Source: Paraspadella gotoi (lineage: Eukaryota > Animalia > Chaetognatha). From it: DNA of 64,000 nucleotides. The DNA lies in the NCBI GenBank assembly GCA_051294375.1, contig JBJCIZ010000239.1:6298746-6362745 (forward strand). The letters are read 5' to 3'. A program made the translations under genes and the position numbers. Under the pieces are notes generated by a model, which worked only from the letters and a program-made list of their open reading frames with translations, made no database searches and had not been told where the DNA came from. Positions 1-14,500 of the stretch are shown here, in pieces; within the stretch, counting starts at the first letter, position 1; every line of letters starts with the position of its first letter.

Positions 1-820
1 GTTTTCGCCAACGACGACGACGACGACGGACGACGACACGTCCCGACGGAACTTTCCTTCCCCCTCACCGGCGCAGAGTCCCCAGCCTCCGCCGCTGCTC
101 CGCTGAATCAATTGAAGCAACAACAGCAGCTACAGCAGCAACCACAACAGCCACAACAACAACAGCTACAGCAGCAACCACAACAGCCACACAACAACAG
201 CTACAGCAGCACCACAACAGCCACAACAACAGCTACAGCAGCAACCACAACAGCAACCGACCGCCTCTCAATCTCCCAATTTTCTTCGGCCTTTCTCTCC
301 GTCGGTGACTCAGCCAGCGTCGCAAGCCAACGCTTCTCCGCTGCACCAAAAGCTGCAGATGCCTCCGCAGCAGCAGCCGATTCCGCCGCAGCATCAGCAG
401 ATGCCGCCACAGCAGCTGCAGATGCCGCCGCCTTCGATGTCGTCGCAGCTGCAGACGCGGCCGACGGTGCCGGGGCAAATGGGGTCCGGTCAAATAGCGC
501 CGGGACAAATGGCGCCGGGTCATATGGCTCCGGGTCAAATTGTGCCGGGTCAAATAGCGCCGGGACAAATGACGCCGGGTCAAATGACGCCGGGTTCAAT
601 AGCGCCGGGTCAAATGGCGCCGGGACAAATGGCGCCGCGTCAAATGGCGCCAGGTCAAATGGCGCCCGGTCAAATGGCGCCGCATATTTCCAAAGCCGGA
701 TTGACGCCGTTTCGACAATCTTTTCAGTTGACGCCGGAACAAATCCAGATGCAAACGCAGCAGATGCAGCAGATGCAACAGATGCAGCAGATGCATGGCG
801 GAAGGTCGACTGGACAGATG
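1..820 (+). CDS. Gln/Pro-rich low-complexity exon with MAPGQ pentapeptide repeats; probably TET N-terminal region, linkage unproven
   Basis: GC-rich open frame (ORF 305..874: QMPPQQQ...MAPGQ repeats...QQMQQMH) ending at the donor CAGATG|GTAAGG at 820/821, followed by an AT-rich intron; same strand as and upstream of the TET exons. Confidence 0.45.
472..682 (+). repeat. 15-bp coding minisatellite (GGGTCAAATGGCGCC-like, about 14 units)
   Basis: Tandem units visible directly; encode GQ(M/I)(A/T/V)P. Confidence 0.9.
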
Positions 821-1399
821 GTAAGGAACGAAGCGATCTATTATAATATTATTGATATTATTAGTATTTTTTAGTAAAGTCAATATAAAAAATAGTAAAG
901 ATTCCATATCAAAAAGTGAAAAATTATTAAAATATATGTATATTTATTTCTTTTAAAAAAACCAAAATAATTCATCAATTTTTAAAATTTGAATACTATA
1001 TTAAATATTTACACCTTAATTTTTATATATTCAGTGAAGGAATTATTTCATAAGATTAGACATGCTGATAATTATTTAATAAAAATGTATTGATTTTAAT
1101 TTCAGTACCCTGCTGGTTTCGAACCCCAGTCCTNNNNNNNNNNNNNNNNNNNNNNNNNCCGAGACTCTCGCCGCCTCGTAGTCGATCTCCCCGCGCCCCG
1201 CACCATCTACCGCCCCGCTCTTACCTTCCACCCGACCCAACAGCCTCGGGTTCCTCACGCGGCTCTCGATGGCGGTCGTCCCGTGGCCCACCGTGGCCCC
1301 GGGGCCCCCGGGGCCGGTGACTCAGCCGCGCAGCAATTTCGGAGAAGGAGGTGTGGTGAAACTGGAGAAGGAAGAAAGCAATTCGAAGGAAAGTCATCC

Positions 1400-1653
1400 T
1401 ACTGCACAGCCGGGTTGCTGTGATGCCCATTGCGGATGGGCATCTCACTGTTGGCTTTAGTGGGCTTCCGCCCTCAGTGACGCTCCAGTCACTGGCGCGG
1501 TTACCCTAGGACCGGTCTCGCTTTGCCAACGCAGAGGGAAGTCGTTAGGACTGTGGATGAAACACTACGCCTGGTGATGGTGTGTTCCCCCTCTGAGGCC
1601 AATGGATTGGTGACGGATGGTGGACGTGACGGCGGTGTGATATACCCGCCACA
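1400..1653 (-). mobile_element. Solo LTR of the twister-containing small LTR element
   Basis: Near-identical to the LTR at 55208-55462; flanked by the direct repeat ATCC at 1396-1399 and 1654-1657. Confidence 0.85.
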
Positions 1654-3477
1654 ATCCTTTTGAATTTTGATGTTTTTTTATTGAAAATTTTATGTGAAAA
1701 ACAGTTTATTTGATTTCTTGTTTCTGTTTTGGAAAATGCGGTCATTAGCTTTGCTCAATAGAAGACTTCTTAAAAAAAAAAATTACATTAAAACAGCTGA
1801 ATGTTTTTCACTGACTAGTTGAGAAAAAAAAATATTTTAGAAAATATGCTTTATTATCGGATATTTTGGTTTCATTAAGGATACATTATTCATACCATGA
1901 CAACTGATTTGACACAAGTCCCTTTTCCTCTTTGTTTCCAAGGACCCCGCCCTCAGAGCTCCGGTCCCCGCGTCCGCCGCGGTCTCGAGGCGCCGGCCGC
2001 GGCGCCGGTCGAGGAAACGACGGTCAGCGTGGTCCGACGCCGTGCGTCCCCCTCCACTTTGCATCCGGGCGTCGTACCGGCGCCGTTTTCCGGTCCTTCG
2101 TCGTTGGCTCCCTGGTCGAGCGAGGTTGCCGACCGGCGCGCCGTCGGCGGCGGCGATGAGAGTCACAGGTTCGGCGATTTAACAAAAAAAAAAGGATCAA
2201 ATGTGTAGCAGAATTATCGTCACTGAAATAACTTAAAGAGTAACTATTACTGTCTTTTAAAGTATTGTATTTTCGGCTTATCCGTTTCGGTTGCTTTTGA
2301 ATTTAGATTAATGAAATGTTTATTTTGTTTGCAGACAACGAATTTAAAATAAAACAAATTATGGTCTGTAAACAAAAACAAACAAATTCACTTAATTCAT
2401 GTCACTTAAGTAATATTCTTTTGCCTTAAATTTAACAATTTTTTCGAATGTTTAAATTATATAATAACTAATACTATGTCTCAAGTCTCCCTTAAAGATT
2501 TACATTGCCTGTAAGAACTATTTAAGAATGATTTCAATTAAGAGAGCTGTTTGCCTTTGTTTCTTACATAAAACAAATTACGTTAGTAAATGTATTAAAA
2601 GGTTATAGAGTAATCATCTTTATCGTAATCAAAATATAAAAATCCGAGGCAATTATTATATAAAATTAATGAAAACTTGTACATCAACGAAAGTGTTTTA
2701 CATCTAAAAAAATTAACGCATTTAACGAATTTAACTTTACATTAATATGAAGCTAAGCATCTTGAGATAAATAACGATTTTTAAAAAAACATATGAATTT
2801 ACGGCCACATTTGAAATCTTTGTAAAAAGATGATGCGTTAAAAATGTTGTTTTATTTTCGAAAAAAAAAAAAAATCTGTCAATCTGTAAAATTTTTTGAA
2901 ACTGATATTTAACTATTTCCTCCGCGCCCCCTTGCCTCGGGACGGCCCCTTCCCTCCCTCCACCTCCTCCTCCTCCTCTCCCCTCCTACCTCCTCCTCCT
3001 CCTACAACCAGGGGTCAAGATGAATTTCGACGACGTCCCCATGAGTCCCGGAAGATGCGAGCGCTGCTGTATCGGAATCCCTTTCCGTATTTGAAGGCTG
3101 ATGACCTTTGACCCCTAGGGGGCATCGACCCCGCGCGGGTCAAGAAGTGAGAGAGAATTTGGGTTTTTTTTTTTGTTGTTTTTTTTTTCTAATTATATTT
3201 TTTTTGGCGCGTTTTTGTTTCTTTCTTTTATATTTTTTATTTTTCTTTCTGTTTTTCTTCCTTATTTTTTTCCTTTGTTTCTTTTCTTATTTCTCTTTCT
3301 TGTTCTTTCTTTCTCTCTTTCTTCTTTCTTTACTTTGTTTCTTTTTTTTCTTCTATTTTTTTGGCTTTTCTTTTTTTTTTGTCTTTCTTTTTTTCTTTTA
3401 CTTATTAAAGTTATTATATCTTATCTCATTATAAAAGCTCCATTTTAGCACCACCCTCTTTCTCCCCTTCATCATAG

Positions 3478-3888
3478 GGATATACTGGAGCAAGAGCGAT
3501 TTGACGGAGCCACTCAGAACAGGTCCAGCGCGCCCTCAAGGCTGGCCGATCGAATGGCCACAACACCTCAAGTCCCGAATCCTCAGTGCAAATGTCTGGG
3601 TGAATCATGTGAGTGTTGTTGTTGTTGTTGTTCTTTTTTTTTCCAATGACAATTACGGCTTCATTTTATCAAGAATGTTAAAAGACTTTTTTGAGTTGGG
3701 GGCGGAAGATCTGAGTTAAATGTTTTTTTATTTTAGTGAAAAGTCACAATTATCTGGTAAGAAGTTTTGCTATGTTTTTTTTTTAATTTAATTGTTATTT
3801 TGTTTTTGTACAGTTTTTTATGAGAACTCGCCCATTTATCTCTACCTTTTCACTCTCTCTCTTGCTCCTCTCTCTCTCTGTCTATCTC

Positions 3889-3946
<58 letters not shown>

Positions 3947-4292
3947 CTCTACGAAGGGGTCTACAACGAGAACGTGGAGGCCTTTTCTACAGTCACCTCG
4001 GCGCGCCCACGACGTCCCCACCATCGCAAGATCTTCGAGAAGCGAACAGGCTACACTGCGAAGCCATCTCGCATCGAGAAGGTCGCCTACACTGGGCCAA
4101 AGAGGGGAAGAGCTCGATGGGATGCCCCATCTGCCAAGTGGATCATCCGGAGGAGCGGGAGACGGAGAAGATCCTCGTCTCGTCCGCAGAGGCCAGGTGT
4201 GGAGAGGAGGGGAGGAGGAGGAGGAGGAGAGAAATGAGATGAGGAATAGTTCATAATGTTGATATAGTTGGATATTTTGTGAATATGTGGGA

Positions 4293-4339
<47 letters not shown>

Positions 4340-5598
4340 AAGAGAGAGAGAGAGAGAGAGAGAGGAGAGTGAGAGAGAGAGAGAGAGAGAGACGAGAGAG
4401 AGAGAGAGAGAAAAAAAAAGAATGAAAGAAAGAAAAAAACGAAAAAAAAAGAAGAAAAGCAAAGCCAGAAAGACAACAATCCAAACAGACAGACAGACTA
4501 ACCTCACTTCCTCCCCCCCCGCCCAGGCCATCACTCGCCTCCGCCGTCGTCGTCTGCAGCATCGTCGCCTGGACGGTGTTCCCTCACACCGGCGACATCC
4601 TCTACGACGATCGCCAACATCGTCTGCAAGATGGGCGTACCACTCTGCGCCGTGGTGCGCCGCAACGACAACAAACCTGCGCCTGCCAGTAAGAGGAAGG
4701 GGGTAATCCTTTTTTTAATTCAAAATGGCCGCCGTTTAGTGTTAGAGAAAATCGGCTTTTTCGTTTCGCCGGGTAGGGTTATTATATATTATTATTATTA
4801 TTATTATATTTTATTCTTTATGTTATGTGTCGCATATTATATTTTTAGTGATGTATTTTTAAGATTTTTATACTAATATTTAGACAATTATTTATTAAAA
4901 TATATAAGGTACATCTCGAGAAATCCTCCCATCTGGTTTAATAAATATTTATATTATTATATAATAAATATGGTAAATATATATTATACGATTTTTACCC
5001 CGCCATCCCGGGCGACATAAACGTCATACAACGCGGTCGTTTTAACTCCAATCAGCTGTAGCGTAATCTTCATTTAGTCTATAGTCTATACTTTACAAAG
5101 TAGAGTCAGAAATTTTATGCATCCGTCATAGGACAACGTAGAAGAAAAAAAAAAATAACATTAACTCCGCGCGGTTTGTTTACCATCGCATCTTGCAATC
5201 CATCGTTTTCATTTCACTTGTAACCATTCAGCTTCAGCGACTACCTTACCATTTTAATTTCGATTAACTCATCCAGCGCTTTTCTCCCATTTTTTTAAAC
5301 CTACTCCATTCGCCTCTTCCCTGACTCATTCCATTCATAATTCCATTCCCCCGCCCCGCGCTCGACATCATTCCATTCCTTAAAAAAAATAAAAATCTTC
5401 TGCCATGCGCATGCCCTTCCTTTAAAAAAAAAAAAAGGGTTGGCATGTCGAAATGCGGCCTCTGCTTCAGCTTCGGCCGTCCTGGTCGATGTATTACAAC
5501 GGATGTAAAATACGCATTTCCTCGGCGCCGAGAAAGTTCGGCTCAACGACCGACGAACAGGGTACGCGAAAAAAGGGGGAAATTAATTTTTTTTTCTT

Positions 5599-5688
<90 letters not shown>

Positions 5689-5927
5689 AAAAGGAATGGA
5701 GCATGGAAAATGTGGAGCCTTCGTTCTCCTCGTTGCGGCGTGGAGCATGTTACATCCAACGGTTGCAAATACGCGCGAAGCAGAATTCCCAAAAAGTTCG
5801 TTGAACGAAAAAAAACGAGGTAGGGCGACAGATTTAAAAAAGGTAAGTTAAAGGAAGGGACGACTCGTCGCGCTTGAAGAAAACGTGGAGAAGATGCCGT
5901 AAGGAGAAGGCCCTGGATTCCGCTCTG

Positions 5928-5964
<37 letters not shown>

Positions 5965-6079
5965 TTTTAATTATGAAATAAACATTTCTTTTAAATATTA
6001 TAAAATTAAATATGTTAAATATATAATATGAGGAGACTAATTTGAAAATATTTCGTCTCTTTTTCCTTTACCGCTCTCT

Positions 6080-6122
<43 letters not shown>

Positions 6123-6388
6123 TTCCCTCTCTCTCTCCCTCTCCCTCCAGTCCGTGGAGGAGATCTGTTTCCAACAGTATCGACTCGAGGAAGACCTCGT
6201 CCGCAAATGGGGAGGAGCTGGACACGCTGAAAAGGAGCAGCAGCGCCGCAATCAAAAAATCGACCTTACCCGATCTGGAGGAAGAGATCTAGTGCCAGGC
6301 TGCAGAATCTCGCCACTTACCTGGCGCCGGTTTATTCGAAATACGTGCCAGAGGCTTATTCTAATATGGTGAGTGAAATATGTGGGGG

Positions 6389-6432
<44 letters not shown>

Positions 6433-6434
6433 GA

Positions 6435-6479
<45 letters not shown>

Positions 6480-6740
6480 AACAGAGCATTTACTCCATTT
6501 CACCTCCTTCAACAGGTCAACACGGAGCAAGTCCGCTCCCACTCCGCCTCGGCGGAACTGCCGGGCGACCCTTCGCCGGGCGTCACCGCCTGCCATGGAC
6601 TTTTGCTGCTCACGCCCACAAGGATATCCCACACATGAAACAATGGGTGAGCCACAGTGGTCACCCCTTAGAGACCTCGGCATCGTCGGCTCTCCAACCG
6701 GACATGAGGAGCAGCTGCACACGCTGCCGCTTGACGTTCC
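3478..6740 (+). pseudogene. TET: Indel-rich duplicate copy A of TET catalytic-domain exons (probable assembly artefact)
   Basis: Same exons and introns as 8967-12446 (for example [25 protein letters not shown]) with scattered 1-bp indels. Confidence 0.7.
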
Positions 6741-8966
6741 GGAGATACCTGAATCTGAGCGTGAGTTTTCGGGAGCTACCGACGGAAAATATTCGACTGC
6801 AACAAGAAAGAAAAGAAAAGGAAAAAAAAGCCAAGATATCGACCAATCAGGAGTAAGTTAAAAGGGAGTGGTGGAGAGTTTATGTTTTTATCTTTTAACC
6901 ATTCTTTCGTTTATATTCGGTTATATTCGCTTTATCGATTTTCGATTTTAATAATTCTATGCTTATCCAATGTTGAATTCATAAATACGATAATTCCAAT
7001 TAATATTTTCCTTGTTTCTTCAGTATAATACTCTTATTTTATTTAACTTTTCAATCAAAACCTAAAATATCACATATAAACCAATCCACCTCTACTCCCA
7101 CAGGGTACATTAGAAAAATTGACCTTAACCAAATACCCCACCGACAGAGTAAGAGGAAATAACGCACACGTCCCATGACGCCACTGGAGCAAGCGAGGAC
7201 GACTAGGAAGACAAGAGAGGAACGAGAAGAGCCCTAACCCTTAAGAAAGTAAGGGCAAGAGAGCCGTAAAAAAAAAAAAAAGACACGCCGCGAAGACATA
7301 AATCACACCCAGACACAAATAAAAAGTAACAGTCGTAAGTCAAAAGGATAGGAAGAAAAGAAAGAGGATTTTTGGCAGGGTATTACTTAACTTTCCTAAC
7401 GAATATATACCTTTTAATGAACACCTTATAATTATGTTAAATAATACACCAGTTTCATCTTCTTTCATAATTAATACATATTATATCTTATACTTAATCA
7501 ATATCTTTGCTATTACTAATAAATCATTATACATTTTACTTTAATAACTTAATGATATAACTTAATAACTCTTAACTATAATATCTACCAGATCAAATCC
7601 CCTGTTCAACTACCTAACGGAAGAAGAGACATATAACGAGATCTCATACAAGTGTACAATCTGAGACCCCATATTAAGGGATAAACTCAATATGACACAA
7701 AGAGAACCTCAGACAATCCAGAAGAAAAGTACGAAACAAAAAGTATACACGGAAAAATATAAAACATTCAAGAAACTCAAACCCCCGACCTTAAAAGATG
7801 GACCGATCTCTACTCAGAGGCGGATTATTAACAACAGGAACAGAGAACTAGAGGAACTTAAAATGCTATTCTCTTGTTCTCGTTTCTCATCCAGCTAACG
7901 TAAGAAATATCCCTCTTATTTGGGCTAGCATGCGATAGACCAGCCTGAAAAAGGGCCCTGCCCGACAGAACTAACCTCGCTTTGACCAAATCCAGCAAGA
8001 AGGCCAAAAACGATGAGCCTTTTCGACGACTGTAATCTGTCCAATGCTCAAATGTACAGGTGTGGCATGTTGATATTAGGTCGATCATTAGCAGCACGGC
8101 CTCGCGCTCAAATATCCGAGTGCACGCTTGTGTTATATCAAGTGTAAGAAGCGAACATCCTCAGTGAGTTCTGTGGTTGGGAGTGCAGGCAGTGCTCTCT
8201 CTCTTCTACATCTTTATTTAACAATTAAATTTGACTCTTTGATACTTTCAATTCATATACAAAATGCGTTTTAATATCGGATGAACACTCGTTCGTCCGG
8301 CTCATCAAAGAGTCAACCCTCTCAGCAAGGAATCCATTAACCAGCTCGTGTAGGTAGCTCAGGCACTGTCAGAAGTAGATATAACTAGTAAACAAAATGT
8401 ACTTCTACCTAAAAGTATAGTGATCCTCCGCCAGACGTTACTATCAAAGAAAATTAATCTGGAGAGAAAATAATAATGTCTAAAAACATTACATACATAA
8501 TATTTGAGACCTCAGTTATTTTAACGTTACCGAAATATACACGCAGTATTTATAATGTTTTTTGTTTCACGCATTCAATATAGTAGCTTATTTTGAATGC
8601 TATTACAAATTTATTAATAATAATTTAGAGCGCTTCATTTTACATACTAAATTTTAAAAGCCCTTTCTCTATAGTTTTTACTATTGACTTAAGCTATTGA
8701 TGTGAAGAATGATTAAAGAGTCATCCTCTCTGAATGTACGTTGTCACAACGAAATATTAATGAAAAAAATCACAGACTGTTCGGGTCTTAATTTAACTCT
8801 TTTTCCATTAAATTTAAATAGTTTTCGAGCTCTCTTTCAAGAGCGCCCATTTCTGTTCCTTTATCCCGTAATTTCATACCTTTATTTTTTCCTTATTACT
8901 TATTATATCTTATCTCATTATAAAAGCTCCATTTTAGCACCACCCTCTTTCTCCCTTTCATCATAG

Positions 8967-9099
8967 GATATACTGGAGCAAGAGCGATTGAACGGAGCCA
9001 CTCCAGAACAGGTCCAGCGCGCCCTCAAGGAGCTGGCCGATCGATTGGCCACCAACACTCAAGTCCCGAATCCTCAGTGCAAATGTCTGGGTGAATCAT
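8967..9099 (+). CDS. TET: TET exon starting the Cys-rich region (DILEQERLNG...QVPNPQCKCLG)
   Basis: TAG acceptor at 8964-8966 and GT donors at 9091 or 9100; the CxC matches the PxCxC preceding EGPFY in TET proteins. Confidence 0.7.
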
Positions 9100-9509
9100 G
9101 TGAGTTGTTGTTGTTGTTTCTTTTTTTTTCCAATTGACAATTACGGCTTCATTTTATCAAGAATGTTAAGAGACTTTTTTGAGTTAAATTGTTTTTTTTA
9201 TTTTAGTAAAAAAGTCACAATTATCTTGGTAAGAAGTTTTGATATGCTTTTTTTAAAATTTAATTGTTATTTTGTTTTTGTACTGTTTTTTTATNNNNNN
9301 NNNNNNNNNNNNNNNNNNNNNNNNNNNNNNNNNNNNNNNNNNNNNNNNNNNNNNNNNNNNNNNNNNNNNNNNNNNNNNNNNNNNNNNNNNNNNNNNNNNN
9401 NNNNNNNNNNNNNNNNNNNNNNNNNNNNNNNNNNNNNNNNNNNNNNNNNNNNNNNNNNNNNNNNNNNNNNNNNNNNNNNNNCCTCTCTCCCTCTCTCCGC
9501 CCTACGAAG

Positions 9510-9752
9510 GGGTCTACAACGAGAACGTGGAGGGCCCTTTCTACAGTCACCTCGGCGCCGCCCACGACGTCCCCACCATCCGCAAGATCTTCGAGAAGCG
9601 AACAGGCTACACCGGCGAAGCCATCCGCATCGAGAAGGTCGCCTACACGGGCAAAGAGGGGAAGAGCTCGATGGGATGCCCCATCGCCAAGTGGATCATC
9701 CGGAGGAGCGGGGAGACGGAGAAGATCCTCGTCGTCGTCCGGCAGAGGCCAG
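9510..9752 (+). CDS. TET: TET Cys-rich domain exon
   Basis: Reads [81 protein letters not shown], matching the TET hallmark EGPFYTHLG...[17 protein letters not shown]. Confidence 0.95.
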
Positions 9753-10062
9753 GTGTGGAGATGGGGAGAGGAGGAAGANNNNNNNNNNNNNNNNNNNNNN
9801 NNNNNNNNNNNNNNNNNNNNNNNNNNNNNNNNNNNNNNNNNNNNNNNNNNNNNNNNNNNNNNNNNNNNNNNNNNNNNNNNNNNNNNNNNNNNNNNNNNNN
9901 NNNNNNNNNNNNNNNNNNNNNNNNNNNNNNNNNNNNNNNNNNNNNNNNNNNNNNNNNNNNNNNNNNNNNNNNNNNNNNNNNNNNNNNNNNNNNNNNNNNN
10001 NNNNNNNNNNNNNNNNNNNNNNNNNNNNNNNNNNNNNNNNNNNNNNNCCCCCCCCCGCCCAG

Positions 10063-10232
10063 GCCATCACTGCGCCTCCGCCGTCGTCGTCTGCAGCATC
10101 GTCGCCTGGGACGGTGTTCCCTCCACACCGGCCGACATCCTCTACGAACGCATCGCCAACATCGTCTGCAAGATGGGCGTACCCACTCTGCGCCGCTGCG
10201 CCGCCAACGACAACAAGACCTGCGCCTGCCAG
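10063..10232 (+). CDS. TET: TET exon (HHC...RRC...CACQ zinc ligands)
   Basis: Reads HHCASAVVVCSIVAWDGVPSTPADILYERIANIVCKMGVPTLRRCAANDNKTCACQ, bounded by CAG and GTAAG. Confidence 0.93.
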
Positions 10233-10983
10233 GTAAGAGGAGGGGGGGTAATCCTTTTTTTAAATTCAAAATGGCCGCCGTTTAGTGTTGAGAGAAAATC
10301 GGCTTTTTCGTTTCGCCGGGTAGGGGTTATTATATATTATTATTATTATTCTTTTATTCTTTTAATGTTATGTGTCGCATATTATATTTCTAGTGATGTA
10401 TTTTTTTAAAGATTTTATACTAATATTTAGACAATTATATAAAATATATGAGGTACATCTCGAGAATCCTCCCATCCTGGTTTAATAAAATGATTTATAT
10501 TATTATATAATATATATGGTAAATATATATTATACATTTTTACCCCGCCATCCCCGGGCGACATAAACGTCATACAACGCGGTCGTTTTAACTCCAATCA
10601 GCTGTAGCGTTAATCTTCATTTAGTCTATAGTCTATACTTTACAAAGTAGAGTCAGAAATGTTTGCATCCGTCATAGGGACTGACGTAGAATATAAAAAA
10701 ATAACATTAACCCGACGGTTTGTTAACCATCGAATCTTTGCAATCCATCGTTTTTATTCACTTGTAACCTTTCAGCTTGCAGCCGACTAACCTTACCATT
10801 TTAATTTCGATTAACTCATCCAGCGCTTTCTCCCCTTTTTTTTAAACTTACTCCATTCGCCTCTTCCCCTGACTCATTCCATTCATAATCCATTCCCCCG
10901 CCCCCGCGCTCGACGTCATTCCAATTCCTTAAAAAAAATAAAAATCTTCTGCGCATGCGCATGTTACTTCCTTTTAAAAAAAG

Positions 10984-11112
10984 GGTTGGGACATGTCGAA
11001 ATGCGGCCTCTGCTTCAGCTTCGGCTGTTCCTGGTCGATGTATTACAACGGATGTAAATACGCCATTTCCTCGGCGCCGAGAAAGTTCCGGCTCAACGAC
11101 CGGACGAACAGG
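10984..11112 (+). CDS. TET: TET DNA-recognition-loop exon, variant A
   Basis: 129 nt, phase 0-0: [43 protein letters not shown]. Confidence 0.92.
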
Positions 11113-11264
11113 GTACGCGAAAAAAGGGGGGAAATTAATTTTTTTTTCTTNNNNNNNNNNNNNNNNNNNNNNNNNCTCTCTCCTCTCTCGTGCGTGCGTC
11201 TGCGTCGCTTCTCTCTCTCTCTTCTCTCTCTCTCTCTCTATCTCTCTCTCTTCTCTCTTTAAAA

Positions 11265-11514
11265 GGGATGGAGCATGGGAAAATGTGGGAGCGCGTGTGT
11301 GGTGCGGTTCAGGTTGCGCGATGGTAGCCATATGTACACCAACGGTTGCAAATACGCGCGAAAGCAGAACTCTCCCCAAAAAGTGGTCGTTTTGAACGTA
11401 AAAACGATTGGTAAGTGCGAAAGATTTAAAAAAAGGTAAGTTAAAGGGAAAGGACGACTCGTCGCGTGGATGAAAACGTGGAGAAGATGCCGTAAGGCAG
11501 AAGGCCTGATTCCG

Positions 11515-11560
<46 letters not shown>

Positions 11561-14500
11561 ATCTCTCTCTCTCTCTTTCTCCTCTTTTTATTATGAAAAT
11601 AAAACATTTCTTTAATATTATAAAATTAAAATATGTCTAAATATATAATATGAGGAGACTAACTCCTTTGAAAATATTTCGTCTCTTTTTCCTTCTACCG
11701 CTCTCTCTCTTCTCTTCTCTCTCTCTCTCTCTCTCTCTCTTTCTTCTTCCTCTTCTCTCTCTCTCATATATACTTTACCCTCTCTGCTCTCCCTCTCCCT
11801 CCAGTCCGTGGAGGAGATCTGTTCCAAACAGTATCGGACTCCGAGGAAAGACCTCGGTCCGCAAATGGGAGAGCTGGGACGACGCTTGAAAAGGAGCAGC
11901 AGCGCCCCGCCAATCAAAAAATCGACCCTTACCCGATTGGAGGAAGATGACCTCAGGCCAGGGCTGCCAGAATCTCGCCACCCTTACCTGGCGCCAGAGT
12001 TTATTTCGAAACTATACGTGCCAGAGGGCTTATCTCAATATGGTGAGGGAAATTTGTGGGAATGGAAGAGGAGAGAGAGAGAGAGAGAGAGATGAGAGAG
12101 AGAGAGAAGAGAGGGAGGAGCAGAGATGAGAGAAGCAGAGCATTTGACTCCATTTCAACCTCCTTCACAGAGTCAACACGAGCAAGTCGCTCCCCACTGC
12201 CGCCTCGGCGAACTGCCGGGCGACCCTCGCCGGCGTCCACCGCCTGCATTGACTTTTGCGCTCACGCCCACAAGGATATCACAACATTGAACAACGGGTT
12301 GACCACAGTGGTCACCCTGACCCCGGCATCTCGCGGCCTCTCCAAACCGGACATGGAGCAGCTGCACACGCTGCCCGCTTTACCGCCCGGAAACCACGGA
12401 ACGAGTTCGGGAGCGAGGAGGCGCAAAAGGCCAAGGATCGCCGCGGGTAAGTAAGGGGAGGGGGTTTATGTTTTTATCTTTCTTCCTTTCGTTGTTTTTT
12501 TCGTTTTTCGTTTATCGTTTTTCGTTTTTTTTTTCTTCCAATTTTTCTTTCTTTCCTTTTTTTTCCTTGTTTCTTTCTTTACTTCTTTTTTTATTTCTTT
12601 CATCAAAACCATAAATATCCTTTACGCCAATCCAAACCTCACTCCCACAGGGTCATGTCGATGCCTACCAAATACCCCACCGAGGTTAAGGATTACGCGC
12701 CGTCCCCATGACGCCCTGCAAGCGGCGCAAGAAGACAGAGGACGGGAAGACCCCTACCCCTGGTAAGGGTCGATGCGTCCGCCGGGACTATCCCCCAGCA
12801 AGGTAAGGAAGGTGGGAGAAAGGCGTTTTGGGTGGGTTTTTGGCTCTTAACTTGCCTAACGAACTTACCTTTTGACCCTTTTATTTTTATCGTTTTTCTT
12901 TCTTTCTTTCTTTCTATCTTTCTTTCTTTTATCTTTCTTTCTTTTCTTTCTTTCTTTCTTTTTTATTTCTTTCCTTTCTTTCTCTTCTTTTCCTTCTCTC
13001 TCCCCTTTTCCTCCAAGGCGGAGAAGGCGAATGCGCATCTCCTCAGGTCTCATGGCCTCCCATGGGACTCACTTCAAACGCCCGTTCGACTCCAAACTTC
13101 ATCCGAGCGATCGGGCGGCGGCCAAGGAGCGGCTCGTCTCGTCCTCCAGCGACGGCGGCGGCCGGTAGCGGCAGCGGCGGTCAATTCGGGCACGCTTTTT
13201 AATTGTTGAGTCGAGTCGTTGTTGTTTTTTACTCAGTCTCTCTCTCTCTCTCTCTCTTTTTTTACATTTATTGCTCTTATTAATTCATTCATTGCCCGTT
13301 ATTTCCGGTAGATCCGTCAGCCAGCAAGAGTCAAGTTTCCCTTCTCAGCCAAAATCCTTCCTCGGTAGGTGGCAAATTAACATTGATTAAATGACTTAAA
13401 TCCTTGAGAAATAATAATAAAAAATTCTCTATTTTCAGAGTCGTTTTAAGTTACATCCGTTTAATGTTTTTTCTTCACGATATGTACAAATGATGGTTTA
13501 AATTATTTGTTTTTTAAACCCTTTTTCTGAGATAAGAAAAGTTTTCTTTGTTTTCACAACGAAATATTAATGAAAAAATCCAGACATGTTTCGGTTCTTA
13601 ATTTAACTCTTTTTCCATAAATTAAATAGTTGTTCGAGCTCTCTTTTCCAAGAGCGCCCCATTATCTGTTCCTTTTCCCGTAATTTCATTTTAACTTTAA
13701 TATTTTGCTTAAATATATTCAACTTTATAACCAACCATAAACCTTTTCCCTAACCTTAATCCCAAACCTTAACGTAATCCTAAACCTTAACTTAAACCCT
13801 AGTCCCTATTCCTAATCGCGCGTAACCTTATCTCTAAACTCAACCCCTCACCCTTAATCTTAACCCTTAGCTTCCAACCTAATCTTTAATCTTAAAAAAT
13901 TCATCTAATTTAAATTTTTGATTAAAAAGGGTTTCGTTTCTGGGAAAATAAGCTATTGCATCTTTTTCTCGCTACAATTAACTAAATGTTTTTCCTTTCT
14001 TAGACCGTCGCTTCTCGGCGGCCAATTCGACCGCCAACGCTTACCCGTTAACGCAGGCATTCGGCGCTTTCCAGATTCCAATGGACAACCTTTCGCCTTG
14101 GGGCGGCCGCCTCAGAGAGTTAACTTTTCCTTGCTCACGCCAATATTTATTTAGTATTTACTGTATTTACTATTTACTAGTTTAGTTTATGTATTAAACT
14201 TTTATTGATAAATGTATTTCATATCAAAAGATAGTACTGTTGCTTAATATATTCATACCGCCTCAGTCCATTACCTTTCGGCAAATACCATTGACTCAGA
14301 GGTGGAACCGAAACGCACCATCCCAGGCGTAGTGTTTCCATCCACAGTCCGCACGACTTCCCTCTGCGTTGGCAAAGCGAGACGTCCGAGGGGTAACCGC
14401 CGCCAGTGACTGAATGACCGTTCACTGAGGGTCGGAAGACTCCAAAGCTAAACAGTCGATTGCCCATCCCAAATAGAGAGGCATCATAGTTTCAACCCGG

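Noticed and set aside
3108-4562. Phe/Leu/Ser-rich and (RE)n ORFs here and throughout the window
   Set aside because: They are translations of (CT/GA)n and T-rich intronic microsatellites
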